DNA of 64,000 nucleotides from Anthoceros angustus (lineage: Eukaryota > Plantae > Anthocerotophyta), in assembly GCA_010909165.1 (NCBI GenBank), contig MU008155.1, positions 1,922,001 through 1,986,000 of the forward strand. The letters are read 5' to 3'. Shown in pieces: positions 19,638-31,500 of this stretch; the first letter of the stretch is position 1; the number at the start of each line of letters is the position of its first letter. The notes beneath the pieces were generated by a model. The model worked only from the letters and a program-made list of their open reading frames with translations. It made no database searches and was not told where the DNA came from. The position numbers were made by a program, and so were the translations under genes.

Positions 19638-22637
19638 TCAAGGTCGACCCTTACAACTGCAACAACCTGCTGCGAACCGATGCACACGGTACCCATCCCT
19701 TACAACAATGGCTCTCTTCTCAACCCTTGACATGATCTCAGTGGAGCTGTGGCAGTCACTGCACATGCGAAGATTCTTCGTTACTAGAAGAGGTGTGCCA
19801 CTTGGAGTGTGCAACAGGCCATACGCCAGAGCTAGCTTCTCAGCATGCCCACAAAGCACATCTTCCTTTTCCTTCTCTGACACTGGTTTCAACACCAACT
19901 TTGTGTCTGGTACGTGGCCCCCTTCCTGCTTCAAACGGGCATTCGTGCTCTCTAGTTTGAGCGCAATATCATCTCTGTTTTCCCCCACGACAAATGTATG
20001 TACCTGCTCCTCGACCTCAATTCCCGCCACTGCAGGTTTCTTCTTAGCTCCTGCTGCCATTCTCCGTGATTCAATCCTCTTTACATCAGTCCATCTACCT
20101 GCATCTGCATAAGCATTGGCCATGAGCACATACGCTGACGCATGCTGAGGCTCCAATATAACAAGGCTTTCGAAACACCGAGTCGCCCTCTCGATATCCC
20201 CGTAATTTTTGCAGGCATTGAGCAACGACCTCAACCCAACAGCATTACTTTGACCCTCACATGATAATAGCAGGTTCTCTGCCTCATCTAAGTGGCCTGC
20301 GCGCCCCAGAAGATCAATCATGCAAATGTAATGCTCAGTATTAGGTTCTTTACCATGACGTTCAACCATAGAATTGAAGTGCTTGCGACCCTCATTCACC
20401 AGTCCCTCGTGACTGCATGCTACTAACAAACAAATAAAGGTAGCATCATCAGGCCGAATACCAGCGGCTAACATCTCTTCAAAACAAGCTAGTGCCTTGT
20501 GTCCTTCATCACAAGCACCACACCCAGATATCAGGGCATTCCATGTCGCCACATCCTTTGTGGCCAAGGTGTCAAAAACCCGGCGTGCTTCTTCCAGTTC
20601 ACCACATTTTGCATACATGTCTACCAGGCAGGTACCAACCAGTTTGTTATCTATTACTCCTCTTTTCACAATCTGTGAGTGCAGCTGCCTGCCCTTCTGC
20701 AAGGCACCAGCGCTTCCACATGCATTCAGAAGGCAAGCAAAAGTAACATGGTCAGCGACAATCAGGCCTTCCTCTTCCATTTGCCCATACAGAACAAGCG
20801 CCTCTTGAGGAAAACTTTGCTGTGCATAACCCGAAATCAGGGCCGTCCATGTCACCACATCCTTTGTGACCAAGCTGTCGAACACCTGGCGTGCAATTTC
20901 CACTTCGCCACATTTTGCATACATGTCGACTAGGCAGGTCCCAACCAGTATGTTATCCAGTAGTCCTCTTTTAACAATCTCAGAGTGTAGCTGCCTGCCC
21001 TTCTGTAAGGCACCAGTGCTTGCACAGGCCTTCAGAAGGCAAGAGAGAGTAATGTGGTCAGCCACAACTTGTCCCTCCTGCTGCATTTGTCCATACAGAA
21101 CAAGCGCATCTTGTCCAAGTCCTTGTTGTGCATACCCAACTATAAGGGCATTCCATGTCACCACAGCCTTTATGGCCAAGCTGTCAAAAACCCTGTGTGC
21201 ATCTCTCAGTTCGCCACATTTTGCGTACATGTCCACCAGGCAGGTGCCAACCAGTACGTTATTTAGCAGCCCTCTTTTCACAATCTGTGTGTGCAGCTGC
21301 CTGCCCCTCTGTAAGGCACCAGTGCTTGCACAGGCGGTCAGAAGGCAAGCGAAAGTAACATGGTTAGCCATAATCAAGCCCTCCTGCTCCATTTGCCCAT
21401 ACAGAACAAACGCGTCTTGGTCAAGGCCTTGCTGTGCATACCCAGCAATCAGAGCATTCCATGTCACCACATCCTTTGCGGCCAGGCTGTCAAAAACCTG
21501 TCGTGCACCTTCTAGGTCGCCACATTTTGCATACCCAGCTATTAGGGCATTCCATGTCACCACATCCTTCTTGTCCAATCTGTCAAAAACCCCGCGTGCA
21601 TCTCTCAGTTCGCCACATTTGGCATACATGTCCACCAGGCAGTTGCCGACAAACAAGTTAGGAGGATTGCCACTGTGCAACACATCACAATGCACTTTTC
21701 TGCCTGATTCCAAGTCCGCAGCAAGTGCACAAGCTTGAAGTGCAGCTACAAAGACGTGGGCATCCGCCTTCAAACCTGACCTTCGCATCTCATAGTACAA
21801 TTGTATAGCCTCCTTAGGTCTCCCATGTTTAGCATGTGCGGAGATTATGGAGCCCCACATGAAGACATCTGGCCTACCTACCCTGGTGAACACATCCATG
21901 GCCTCCTGGAGCCTACCTACACATGCATACATGCGCAAGATATGGTTTCCCAAGTATGTACTTGACTCGTAGCCAAGTTTGACACACAGATCATGAACTC
22001 GACGCCCCACAACCAGATCTTTTTTAGCTGCACACACTTTTACCACAGTATACAACAGAGACTCAGAAATAGGATAGTCTGTCTGCGCCAGATCTTCCAG
22101 GGCTCCAAAGGCCTCAGTAAGCTTGCCCTCCTGACATAACGTGCTCACGGTTACAGTGGTCACAACGCCCATCTCCGATCCTGAACGCCTCCCAGGCTCA
22201 GGCTTATCCGGCAAGTTCCACGTCGAAGGAGAGGCACAATGACCCGTCCGGATATCCCAAGATACGAGCTGTTCATCCACCCAAGCAGGCTTCAACGTAT
22301 CGTTTAACCAGAGGACATCCCCGGACCCCTTACGGCGGAAGTCAGGCGAACGGGAGCTCTTCTTTCGTCGCCGGTTGTCCCACCACATGGTAGGGTCCAG
22401 AAAAAATTGTCGCCACAAAAGCTCCTGCTCCTGGCGACGGCCATGGCTGGAAAATCCTTCCCCAGCCACACATCCAGTCGGAATTGCTGGTTTCTTTACG
22501 CTGCTGCATCTGGAGGCTTGGTTGCATGCCGGAGGTTGACTCTCCACGGCGACGTGAGCTGGAACTCCTCGTAGAATCTCTGTACACCCAACAATTTGTT
22601 GGGTCCACGACAAATCAGGTTGCCATACTGTGGCCAT
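19638..22637 (-). CDS. G3: PDF-motif + PLS PPR + E + DYW:KP (GRP type) editing factor
   Basis: Intact ORF, first ATG 22637; PDF-like motif 22266-22421; KPAVA, HAEK, CSDC, ends CSCKGRP. Confidence 0.93.
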   Translation of the reverse strand: MATVWQPDLSWTQQIVGCTEILRGVPAHVAVESQPPACNQASRCSSVKKPAIPTGCVAGEGFSSHGRRQEQELLWRQFFLDPTMWWDNRRRKKSSRSPDFRRKGSGDVLWLNDTLKPAWVDEQLVSWDIRTGHCASPSTWNLPDKPEPGRRSGSEMGVVTTVTVSTLCQEGKLTEAFGALEDLAQTDYPISESLLYTVVKVCAAKKDLVVGRRVHDLCVKLGYESSTYLGNHILRMYACVGRLQEAMDVFTRVGRPDVFMWGSIISAHAKHGRPKEAIQLYYEMRRSGLKADAHVFVAALQACALAADLESGRKVHCDVLHSGNPPNLFVGNCLVDMYAKCGELRDARGVFDRLDKKDVVTWNALIAGYAKCGDLEGARQVFDSLAAKDVVTWNALIAGYAQQGLDQDAFVLYGQMEQEGLIMANHVTFACLLTACASTGALQRGRQLHTQIVKRGLLNNVLVGTCLVDMYAKCGELRDAHRVFDSLAIKAVVTWNALIVGYAQQGLGQDALVLYGQMQQEGQVVADHITLSCLLKACASTGALQKGRQLHSEIVKRGLLDNILVGTCLVDMYAKCGEVEIARQVFDSLVTKDVVTWTALISGYAQQSFPQEALVLYGQMEEEGLIVADHVTFACLLNACGSAGALQKGRQLHSQIVKRGVIDNKLVGTCLVDMYAKCGELEEARRVFDTLATKDVATWNALISGCGACDEGHKALACFEEMLAAGIRPDDATFICLLVACSHEGLVNEGRKHFNSMVERHGKEPNTEHYICMIDLLGRAGHLDEAENLLLSCEGQSNAVGLRSLLNACKNYGDIERATRCFESLVILEPQHASAYVLMANAYADAGRWTDVKRIESRRMAAGAKKKPAVAGIEVEEQVHTFVVGENRDDIALKLESTNARLKQEGGHVPDTKLVLKPVSEKEKEDVLCGHAEKLALAYGLLHTPSGTPLLVTKNLRMCSDCHSSTEIMSRVEKRAIVVRDGYRVHRFAAGCCSCKGRP

Positions 22638-23257
22638 GTTACAGGCACCGCTCTCGGAAGCCGCATAGCAAACTAAGCAACCTGCCGCAGGATGCCGAGG
22701 TGCTGTGCGTGTGCATGACCACAACACCCTTTGCAAGCGCAATGCGGCTGGTGTTCTGTGTAGGTGACCATGGCCGTGACACCGAAATAAAAAATTGAGG
22801 AGTCTTACATCAGCAGGATAGGCAGAGAAGGATTACACCGAAGCTTGCAAATCGATACCCGACGGCCATCATTTCTGGCTCGCACGATCCGCGGGCATAC
22901 ACGTACCCACAACCTTACTGGCCATCGCGTATCGATGGGAACGCATACCCAGGTACCGGCTTCTCGTATACCATTCGCCACGGTGTACCGTATAATGGCG
23001 GGTCCGGCCCGGCTTCAGGATAGGCGCGGTGCGGATGCGCTCGGAGGCTTGGAGGCTCCTCCGCCGCCTGGGCCATCTCATTCTACTGTTGAACGGGACG
23101 ACTGGTGCATTTTTGCGTTGGTGTCTTGGTAGCGGGAATACAATACCGTCTGCACTGCGGTTGCCAAGTGCGGTGTGGTCATGCACACTCCAAGTCCTAG
23201 GCATCCTGGCACGGTCTGCATATTTTGGTTTGCGTCTCATCGAGCAGTGCCTGTAAG

Positions 23258-26200
23258 ATGGCCACAGTATGGCAACCTGATTTGTCGTGGACCCAACAAA
23301 TTGGTGGGTGTGAAGAGAGTCCACGACGAGTTCCTGCTCACCTCGCCGTAGGGAGTCAAGTGCTGGTATACAATCAAGCCTTCAGGTGCAGCAGAGTAAG
23401 GAACCCAGCACTTCCGGCAGAATGTGTGGTTGCGGAGGAATTTTCCAGCGATGGTCGTAGCCACGAGCAGGAGCTCTTGTGGCGGCAACTTTTTCTGGAC
23501 CCTAGCATGTGGTGGGACAACAGGCGAGATAAGAAGAGCTCCCGTTCGCCTGACTTCCGGCGTAAAGGGTCCGGCGAGGTCCTCTGGTTAAACAGCATGT
23601 TCAAGCCAGCTTGGGTGGACGAGCAGCTCGCATCCTATGGTGCCTCTTCTTGCAAGTGGGATTGGGGCGGTCGGGATAGGCCTGAGCCTGGCAGACATGC
23701 AGGATGGGAAGCAAGCGTCTCAACGCCTGGCACCGTGAGCACGTTATGTGAGCAGGGGAAGCTTACTGAAGCGCTCGGAGCCCTGGAATCTCTGGTGCAG
23801 ACAAAATGTCCTGTTTCTCAGTCTCTGTTGTTCAATGTGCTAAAATTGTGTGCAGCCAAAAAGGATCTGGGTGTGGGGCGACGAGTCCACAATCTCTCTG
23901 TCAAACTTGGGTACGAGTCGAGTACATACTTGGGGAACCATATTTTGCGCATGTACGCATGCGGAGGTAGGCTAGAGGAGGCCATGGATGTGTTCACCAG
24001 GGTGGGCAAACCAGATGCCTTCATGTGGGGTTCCATAATCTCCGCACATGCTAAACATGGGAAACCCAATGAGGCTATACAGTTGTACCATGAGATGCGA
24101 CGCTCAGGCTTAAAGGCGGATTCACACGTCTTTGTAGCTGCCCTCCAAGCTTGTGCCCTCGCTGCGGACTTGGAATCTGGCAGAACAGTGCACTGCGACG
24201 TGTTGCATAGTGGCATTCCTCCCGACTTGTTTGTTGGCAACTGCTTGGTGGACATGTATGCAAAATGTGGCGAACTGAGAGATGCACGCAGGGTTTTTGA
24301 CAGCTTGGCCTCCAAGGATGTTGTGACATGGAATGCCCTTATAGGTGGGTATGGACAACAAGGGCTTGGCCAGGATGCGATTGCTCTGTATGGACAAATG
24401 AAGAGGGAGGGCCTGATTGTAGCAGACCACGTTACTTTCGCTTGCCTTCTAAAGGCCTGTGCAAGCACTGGTGCCTTGCAGAAGGGCAGGCAGCTGCACG
24501 CACAGATTGTGGAACGAGGACTGCTAGATAACATACTGGTTGGCAACTGCCTGGTTGACATGTATGCCAAATGTGGTGACCTGGAAGAGGCTCAGGGGGT
24601 TTTTGACGGCCTGTCCACAAAGGATGTCATCACATGGAATTCCCTCATGGCTGGCTATGCAAAATGTGGCGAACTCGAACGTGCACGCCAGGTTTTTGAC
24701 AGCTTGGCCACAAAGAATGTTGTCACATGGAATGCCCTGATTGCTGGGTATACACAGCAAGGGCTTGTACAAGATGCGTTTGTTCTGTATGGACAAATGG
24801 AGCAGGAGGCCCTGATTGTGGCTGACCATGTTACATTTGCATGCCTTCTGAAGGCCTGTGCAAGCACTGGTGCCTTACAGAAGGGAAGGCAGTTGCATTC
24901 ACAGATTGTGGAACGAGGTCTTCTAGGTAATATTCTGGTTGGAACCTGCCTGGTGGACATGTATGCAAAATGTGGCGAACTGACAGATGCACGTGGGGTT
25001 TTTGACAGCTTGACCACAAAGAATGTGGTCACGTGGACGGCCCTGATTGCTGCGTATGCACAACAAGGGCTTGGCCAAGATGCCCTTGTTCTGCATGGGC
25101 AAATGGAGCAGGAGGGTCTGATTGTGGCTGACCATGTTACGTTTGCTTGCCTTTTGAAGGCCTGTGCAAGCACTGGTTCCTTACAGAAGGGCAGGCAGTT
25201 GCATTCACAGATTGTGGAACGAGGTCTTCTAGGTAATATTCTGGTTGGAACCTGCCTGGTGGACATGTATGCAAAATGTGGCGAACTGACAGATGCACGT
25301 GGGGTTTTTGACAGCTTGACCACAAAGAATGTGGTCACGTGGACGGCCCTGATTGCTGCGTATGCACAACAAGGGCTTGGCCAAGATGCCCTTGTTCTGC
25401 ATGGGCAAATGGAGCAGGAGGGTCTGATTGTGGCTGACCATGTTACGTTTGCTTGCCTTTTGAAGGCCTGTGCAAGCACTGGTTCCTTACAGAAGGGCAG
25501 GCAGTTGCGATCACAGATTGTGGAAAGAGGACTGCTAGATGATATACTGACTGGCACTGGCCTGGTAGACATGTATGCAAAATGTGGTGAACTTGAAGAG
25601 GCACGCCGGGTTTTTGACAGTTTGGGCACAAAGGATGTAACGACATGGAATGCCCTTATATCTGGGTGTGGTGCATGTGATGAAGGTCAGAAGGCAATAG
25701 CTTGTTTTGAAGAGATGTTAGCCGCTGGTATTCGGCCTGATGATGCTACCTTTACTTGTCTGTTAGTAGCATGCAGTCATGAGGGACTGGTGAATGAGGG
25801 TCGCAAGCACTTCAATTCTATGGTTGAACGTCATGGCATGGAACCTACTAGTGAGCATTACATTTGCATGGTTGATCTTCTCGGGCGTGCAGGCCACTTA
25901 GACGAGGCAGAGAACCTGCTATTATCATGTGGAGGTCAAAGTAATGCCGTTGGGTTGAGGTCTTTGCTGAATGCTTGCAAAAATTTTGGGGATTTAGAGA
26001 GGGCGATTCGGTGTTTTGAAAGCCTTGTTATATTGGAGCCTCAGCATGCGTCAGCGTATGTGCTCATGGCCAATGCGTATGCAGATGCAGGTAGGTGGAT
26101 TGATGTAAAGAGGATTGAATCACAGCGATTGGCAGCAGGAGCTAAGAAGAAACCTGCAGTGGCGGGCATTGAGGTCGAGGAGCAGGTACATACATTTGTG

Positions 26201-26551
26201 GTGGGAGAAAACAGAGAAGAACTTGCGCTCAAGGTAGAGAGCATGAATGCACGTCTGAAGCAGGAAGGGGGCCACATACCACACACAAAGTTGGTGTTGA
26301 AACCAGTGTCAGAGAAGGAAAAGGAAGACGCACTTTGCGGGCATGCTGAGAAACTGGCTCTGGCGTATGGTCTCTTGAACACTCCGAGTGGCACACCTCT
26401 GCTGGTAACAAAGAATCTACGCATGTGCAGTGACTGCCACAGTTCCACGGAGATCATGTCAAGGGTTGAAAAGAGAGACATTGTTGTAAGGGATGGGTAC
26501 CGGGTGCATCGGTTCACAGCTGGTTGTTGCAGTTGTGAGGGTCGACCGTGA
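23258..26551 (+). CDS. G4: PDF-motif + PLS PPR + E + DYW:KP (GRP type) editing factor with internal 306-bp duplication
   Basis: Intact ORF, first ATG 23258; PDF-like motif 23474-23629; duplicated 102-aa L-S-P triplet; ends CSCEGRP. Confidence 0.93.
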   Translation: MATVWQPDLSWTQQIGGCEESPRRVPAHLAVGSQVLVYNQAFRCSRVRNPALPAECVVAEEFSSDGRSHEQELLWRQLFLDPSMWWDNRRDKKSSRSPDFRRKGSGEVLWLNSMFKPAWVDEQLASYGASSCKWDWGGRDRPEPGRHAGWEASVSTPGTVSTLCEQGKLTEALGALESLVQTKCPVSQSLLFNVLKLCAAKKDLGVGRRVHNLSVKLGYESSTYLGNHILRMYACGGRLEEAMDVFTRVGKPDAFMWGSIISAHAKHGKPNEAIQLYHEMRRSGLKADSHVFVAALQACALAADLESGRTVHCDVLHSGIPPDLFVGNCLVDMYAKCGELRDARRVFDSLASKDVVTWNALIGGYGQQGLGQDAIALYGQMKREGLIVADHVTFACLLKACASTGALQKGRQLHAQIVERGLLDNILVGNCLVDMYAKCGDLEEAQGVFDGLSTKDVITWNSLMAGYAKCGELERARQVFDSLATKNVVTWNALIAGYTQQGLVQDAFVLYGQMEQEALIVADHVTFACLLKACASTGALQKGRQLHSQIVERGLLGNILVGTCLVDMYAKCGELTDARGVFDSLTTKNVVTWTALIAAYAQQGLGQDALVLHGQMEQEGLIVADHVTFACLLKACASTGSLQKGRQLHSQIVERGLLGNILVGTCLVDMYAKCGELTDARGVFDSLTTKNVVTWTALIAAYAQQGLGQDALVLHGQMEQEGLIVADHVTFACLLKACASTGSLQKGRQLRSQIVERGLLDDILTGTGLVDMYAKCGELEEARRVFDSLGTKDVTTWNALISGCGACDEGQKAIACFEEMLAAGIRPDDATFTCLLVACSHEGLVNEGRKHFNSMVERHGMEPTSEHYICMVDLLGRAGHLDEAENLLLSCGGQSNAVGLRSLLNACKNFGDLERAIRCFESLVILEPQHASAYVLMANAYADAGRWIDVKRIESQRLAAGAKKKPAVAGIEVEEQVHTFVVGENREELALKVESMNARLKQEGGHIPHTKLVLKPVSEKEKEDALCGHAEKLALAYGLLNTPSGTPLLVTKNLRMCSDCHSSTEIMSRVEKRDIVVRDGYRVHRFTAGCCSCEGRP

Positions 26552-28196
26552 GAACAACAATAATGTAGCTAGTGCTAGTGTTGCAGGTGGCAGTGGGGGA
26601 AAGAATCAGCAGTCGGTTCGAATAGGAGGTGAGTGCAGTAAGACTAGGGTTAGTGCCAAGCATGAAGATGAATGTTAGTCGAATTGTCCCTGTACTTGTA
26701 ACGTTGTGTATGACGGGTGTCGTGGAATTGCTGCGGCTGGACAGGATTGTTGTGTGGACGGCTTCTCTCGCCATTTGAGAGACTCCGGTCTTTGTGTTCG
26801 ACTTGAACGTGTCACCGGCGTAAACCCCAGAATGATCGGGGTTTCCGTAGCTCTTTTTCACATTAGTCGACACCGAGACTCTTCCACTTTTCCTGAACGC
26901 CGATGCAACCTCGAAAACCTTGAGAAATTCATGTATGCCTTAATCTCTCCTGCTCTTTTAAATGATAATCAGTCTTGTCCCCATCCGATTCCTATGGAAG
27001 TAAGCAAATTCCTCGCATTGTTTGTGAAGTGTTGGAAAGGCCAATGGCTATTCGTCCTGACTTTCCACATACCGACTTGCATCACCGAACCACTTGTTCA
27101 TGGCACTCAAACAACAGTACTCTGCGATGACAACGGCCAAAAACTCGGAATTGGCCAAAGGAATTTCCCGGGTTCATGCCAGAGGGTCGGCACCATCCCT
27201 CGCGCAGTGCATAAGCGATTTTTATGTAACCCACGGTTGGGTTTAGGGTCTACGGGCTCTCCTCGCCCACCTACGCCCTACCACTACGCGAAATGCATAC
27301 TCGCAAATGGCGCCCTCCCATTCGCCCAGCTTCGTCCACGTTGCCCTGCCTCACGTGACGTTTTGCCTTCCACGTGACCTTTTGTCTCACGTAAAGAGAT
27401 CAGAAGGGTATGCCAGTTCTCTCTATCGTAACAAAAGGATCGGCTCGGATTGCCGAGGACCGTGAGTCCGTGATGCACCAAGGACTTTGACGCCCGTGCC
27501 GATTCTTGGAAAGTCACATCGACATTCAATCGCAACACAGGGCATCCATTTTTTTCTCCATGGATCGGAAGATGAGGTACGCAAGGGGATGAGAGGCATC
27601 ACGGTAACTCGTAACCGTGGTATTAATATAAGGTTGAAAACATACCTTAAAGTCTCAATTCGAGACCGTTGACCATTGGGATTAAGCTATGAAGCCAAGG
27701 AGTCGCGAGCAGCTAGCTGCTCAACTCCCGTGAATGAGTATCTCAAATGGAGGTCATTCTGGGGTTATGCTATAAAGCCAAGGAGTTGCGAGCAGCTAAC
27801 TATTTAACTCCCGTGCAGGAGTCCCCCGTCCTCCGCTGCAAGGTGGGGAGGGCATGTAGTGTGGCTCATTTCTCGAGTACAAAGAAGGAGCTCTTCCTAA
27901 TACTAAAGTTAGCACTCTCTAATTGGGAATTCTAAATATGGGTTCTTCCCTCTACTAAAGTCGGTCCTCTAGTTCTAAAAATGGATCTGTCCATGTGAGA
28001 CTTCCGACCTCGCTCCCTTCAAAGTATCGGGAGAGGGAAACATGGAGCGAGAATCAAAAGCAAGTGGTCCACCTGGGCTAGCCATAAAAATGAGGTGGCC
28101 AGGTGCGGGGCCCACTGACTCCCTCGCAGAGCAGGCATGACCACGTAGTCCATACCCTCACACTCTGCCATATGATATGTATATACCTCTGAATGC

Positions 28197-28295
28197 CACC
28201 GGCAACCCGGGTCACGCCAGACCCAACAAGGGCAACCCGGGTCACGCCAGACCCAACAAGGGCAACCCGGGTCACGCCAAACCCAACAAGGGTTA
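28197..28295. repeat. 30-bp tandem repeat x3
   Basis: GGCAACCCGGGTCACGCCAGACCCAACAAG at 28201, 28231 and 28261. Confidence 0.9.
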
Positions 28296-28576
28296 CCGCG
28301 TCCAGACATAGGATGTAAAAGTGTAAAACATGTTTAACAGTCCGACACACAAAATGCAAGCAAGACGGATTGAGACCGGGATCTCCTTGGTGTAGAGGGC
28401 TGATTCGACGGACCGAACCAAAGCGTTTGCCACAACTACAATCAAGACAAGTGTAATAATATACAAATCTTAATTGTATATGCTTGATGTTTATCAATGA
28501 GTATGTCTTGTGAACGACATGGTGCTGCAATGTATTTGTGACCATCGATGTGCAGTGGTGACAAGTTTGATCTGGT

Positions 28577-31500
28577 TCACTTGTCCTCAAAATTGACTAT
28601 ATCAAGGTTTATGTCTAACACAAACACTAAGGCCCTGAAGAAGGGTTTAAGCCTGGCCTTGTTACTTAGGCCTCCTGCTGGTTGGAAAGCTTGTAGTGGT
28701 GGGCGTTCACTGTGACTAGTAGTTTCCTCCGTATGTGCTATCAGCTCCTTGACAGTTAGTAATGTTTTCTGAACAAGCACGTCAGCCTCGAATACAATGC
28801 CATCATTCATGTACACACAATCCTACAACTGCTTACACCCTTCTTCCACACTTGCCATCTTCTTTTCCTTCAATTCTTGAAAGCGGGACTTGCAAGATTC
28901 AACCCTCGGTGGTACACTTGGTGTGCAGAACTCATCCAATGAAAGTAGCAAGGTTGACATTTCACCACCCTCTGTACACTGAAGACAACTCAATCGCAAT
29001 ATTGTGTCCACTTCCTCCCCCACCTTGCAATTGGTAGCTGCAAACTTGCGACCAAGGACTGATGTATGGGCAAAGACTCCAAGCATCTGCTGGACTTTCA
29101 CAACATGCTTGCATAAAAATGCTTGTTGTCCTTGTGCACAATTGTAAGTTGCCCACATAGATATCGGATTGTCAATCACATAAGTTGTCTTCCAAGGATC
29201 TGATATGGACATACACACGTCCACATCGTATGGCTCCGTTGGGAGGGACACCATGTCCTCTGTGATATCATTTGCAGCAGTGACTGCATGTCTGTGCAAC
29301 TGGTCATGCTTGGTATTGACCACATCCTCCTCCTTACTATGGTTTTGGTACCAAAAGTGAGTAGCCACCACGAAACATAAATTGATGAAGCAACCAATCA
29401 ACTCGGCGAGCATGAATCCCCACTTTTTAGTAAGCTAACCTTCCTTCAAGAATCTATGCCACGCTCAATGGAGGAAGCGCTTGTCCGACATGAGGCATTG
29501 TGCGGTCTTCAAAACATATGGAAGGACGGAAAGGGATGAATAATAGTCGAATTGCACAAACTTGACTCTTAAAGTACATGACAACGAACACACTCACCTA
29601 GTTGGCCTTCCCAAGTATGTTGCATGTACTCCACGAATTGCCACTGTGTTCGGCTCCATTTGTTGTAAAATTCTAGAAGAAGCTCCTTTCCTAAAGCCAC
29701 TGAGTCCGCCCTTATTTGTCCCCCTTGAACGTACATAATCTGACCTAACTCAACCCACATAGCTTGTTTGTCGTGCACATTCTTAACCTTCTTCAACAAA
29801 TTTCGTAGCCAGGCACGGCGAACGTGCCACAAGCACAAGAAGATCGGCACATCCCGTGACCAGACCTCCCTTAAAGCACCTATCTCTGCAGCACAATCAT
29901 CAACCAAGAATGCGATGGCGCCAACTGAGTCGATCAAGAAGAACTCTCATGCGTAAAGAAATAAGCCATGAAACTAAAGCTCTTGTGGTCGCTCGTGAGA
30001 GCCCATGCAACGGTATTCCATTCTAATGTCGATCGAATACCATGATAGTAAATAGCTAGTACTTATATTTGTTTACTCCAAAAGTGGAGTCCATAGCAAG
30101 TAAAATGTTATGTCCAGCTACGCACAAATCTCAACATGAAGGATGTTTGCAAGCCTAGGCAAAAAGGCTCTCCTCCATGACCTATGAAACACATACTTTG
30201 CATGTAATTGCATCCACATCCCTACACTAAGATTATCGTCCTCATGATACCTCCACTCATTCTTCTCCACCTCCCTAGCTATATTGTAGACATCATCCCG
30301 TGTGAGGAAGTCGTCCCTTACCTTCACATAGGGGGCCTCATGGATTGATAAAACAGAGGGACAACATTTAGCTACGACAGAAAGTTGATGACGTCGCAAA
30401 ATCTCATCAACAGACACGTGACAATGTAAACAATGTCTCACCCAAGCTTTCTTCTCCGCTGACAAATGTGGCGCTCGAATGTCTCAAACTATGCCTATGT
30501 AAGATGGACCATGACAAACTAGACCCCTGACATCAATATGTCTACTCTCATACAGCAAAATCTGAGCAACAGATGGCCAAACAACCTTTTCACAAGAAAC
30601 TAGCCCGACACCTATGTTTGATGCTCTCCATCTACTAGTCGGACCTTTTGTTAGGGAGAGGAGGATCTTTGAGCAGCTTGCTTGGTAGAATGGTAATCCT
30701 CGTGCTTGTAACTACACTAGTACTAGATCAAGCGACACACCAATAAGAAACCTTTAAATCTAGAAGTTATGGTTGGAAAAGCTTGTAGTGGTGGGCGCTC
30801 ACCGTGACTAGTAGTTTCCTCCGTATGCTCCTTGATGCTTAGTAATGTTTTCAACAAGCACGCCACCGAATACAATGCCATCATTCATGTACACACAATC
30901 CTACAACTGCTTACACCCTTCTTCCACACTTGCCATCTTCTTTTCCTTCAATTCTTGAAAGCGGACTTGCAAGATTCAACCCTCGAGTACACTTGGTGTG
31001 CGTAACTCATCCAATGAAAGTAGCAAGGTTGACATTTCACCACCAGACATCAAGACAACTCAATCGCAATATTGTGTCCACTTCCTCCCCCACCTTGCAA
31101 TTGGTAGCTGCAAACTTGCGACCAAGGACTGATGTATGGGCAAAGACTCCAAGCATCTGCTGGACTTTCACAACATGCTTGCATAAAAATGCTTGTTGTC
31201 CTTGTGCACAATTGTAAGTTGCCCACATAGATATCGGATTGTCAATCACATAAGTTGTCTTCCAAGGATCTGATATGGACATACACACGTCCACATCGTA
31301 TGGCTCCGTTGGGAGGGACACCATGTCCTCTGTGATATCATTTGCAGCAGTGACTGCATGTCTGTGCAACTGGTCATGCTTGGTATTGACCACGTATCCT
31401 CCCTCCTTACTATGGTTTTGATACCAAAAGTGAGTGACCACCACGAAACATAAATTGATGAAGCAACCAATCAACTCGGCGAGCATGAATCCCCACTTTT

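Noticed and set aside
26700-27540. 223-aa GTG-start ORF and a weak Myb/trihelix-like pattern on the minus strand (EKWKSL..RSFW)
   Set aside because: Similarity too weak and interrupted by stops to support a call.
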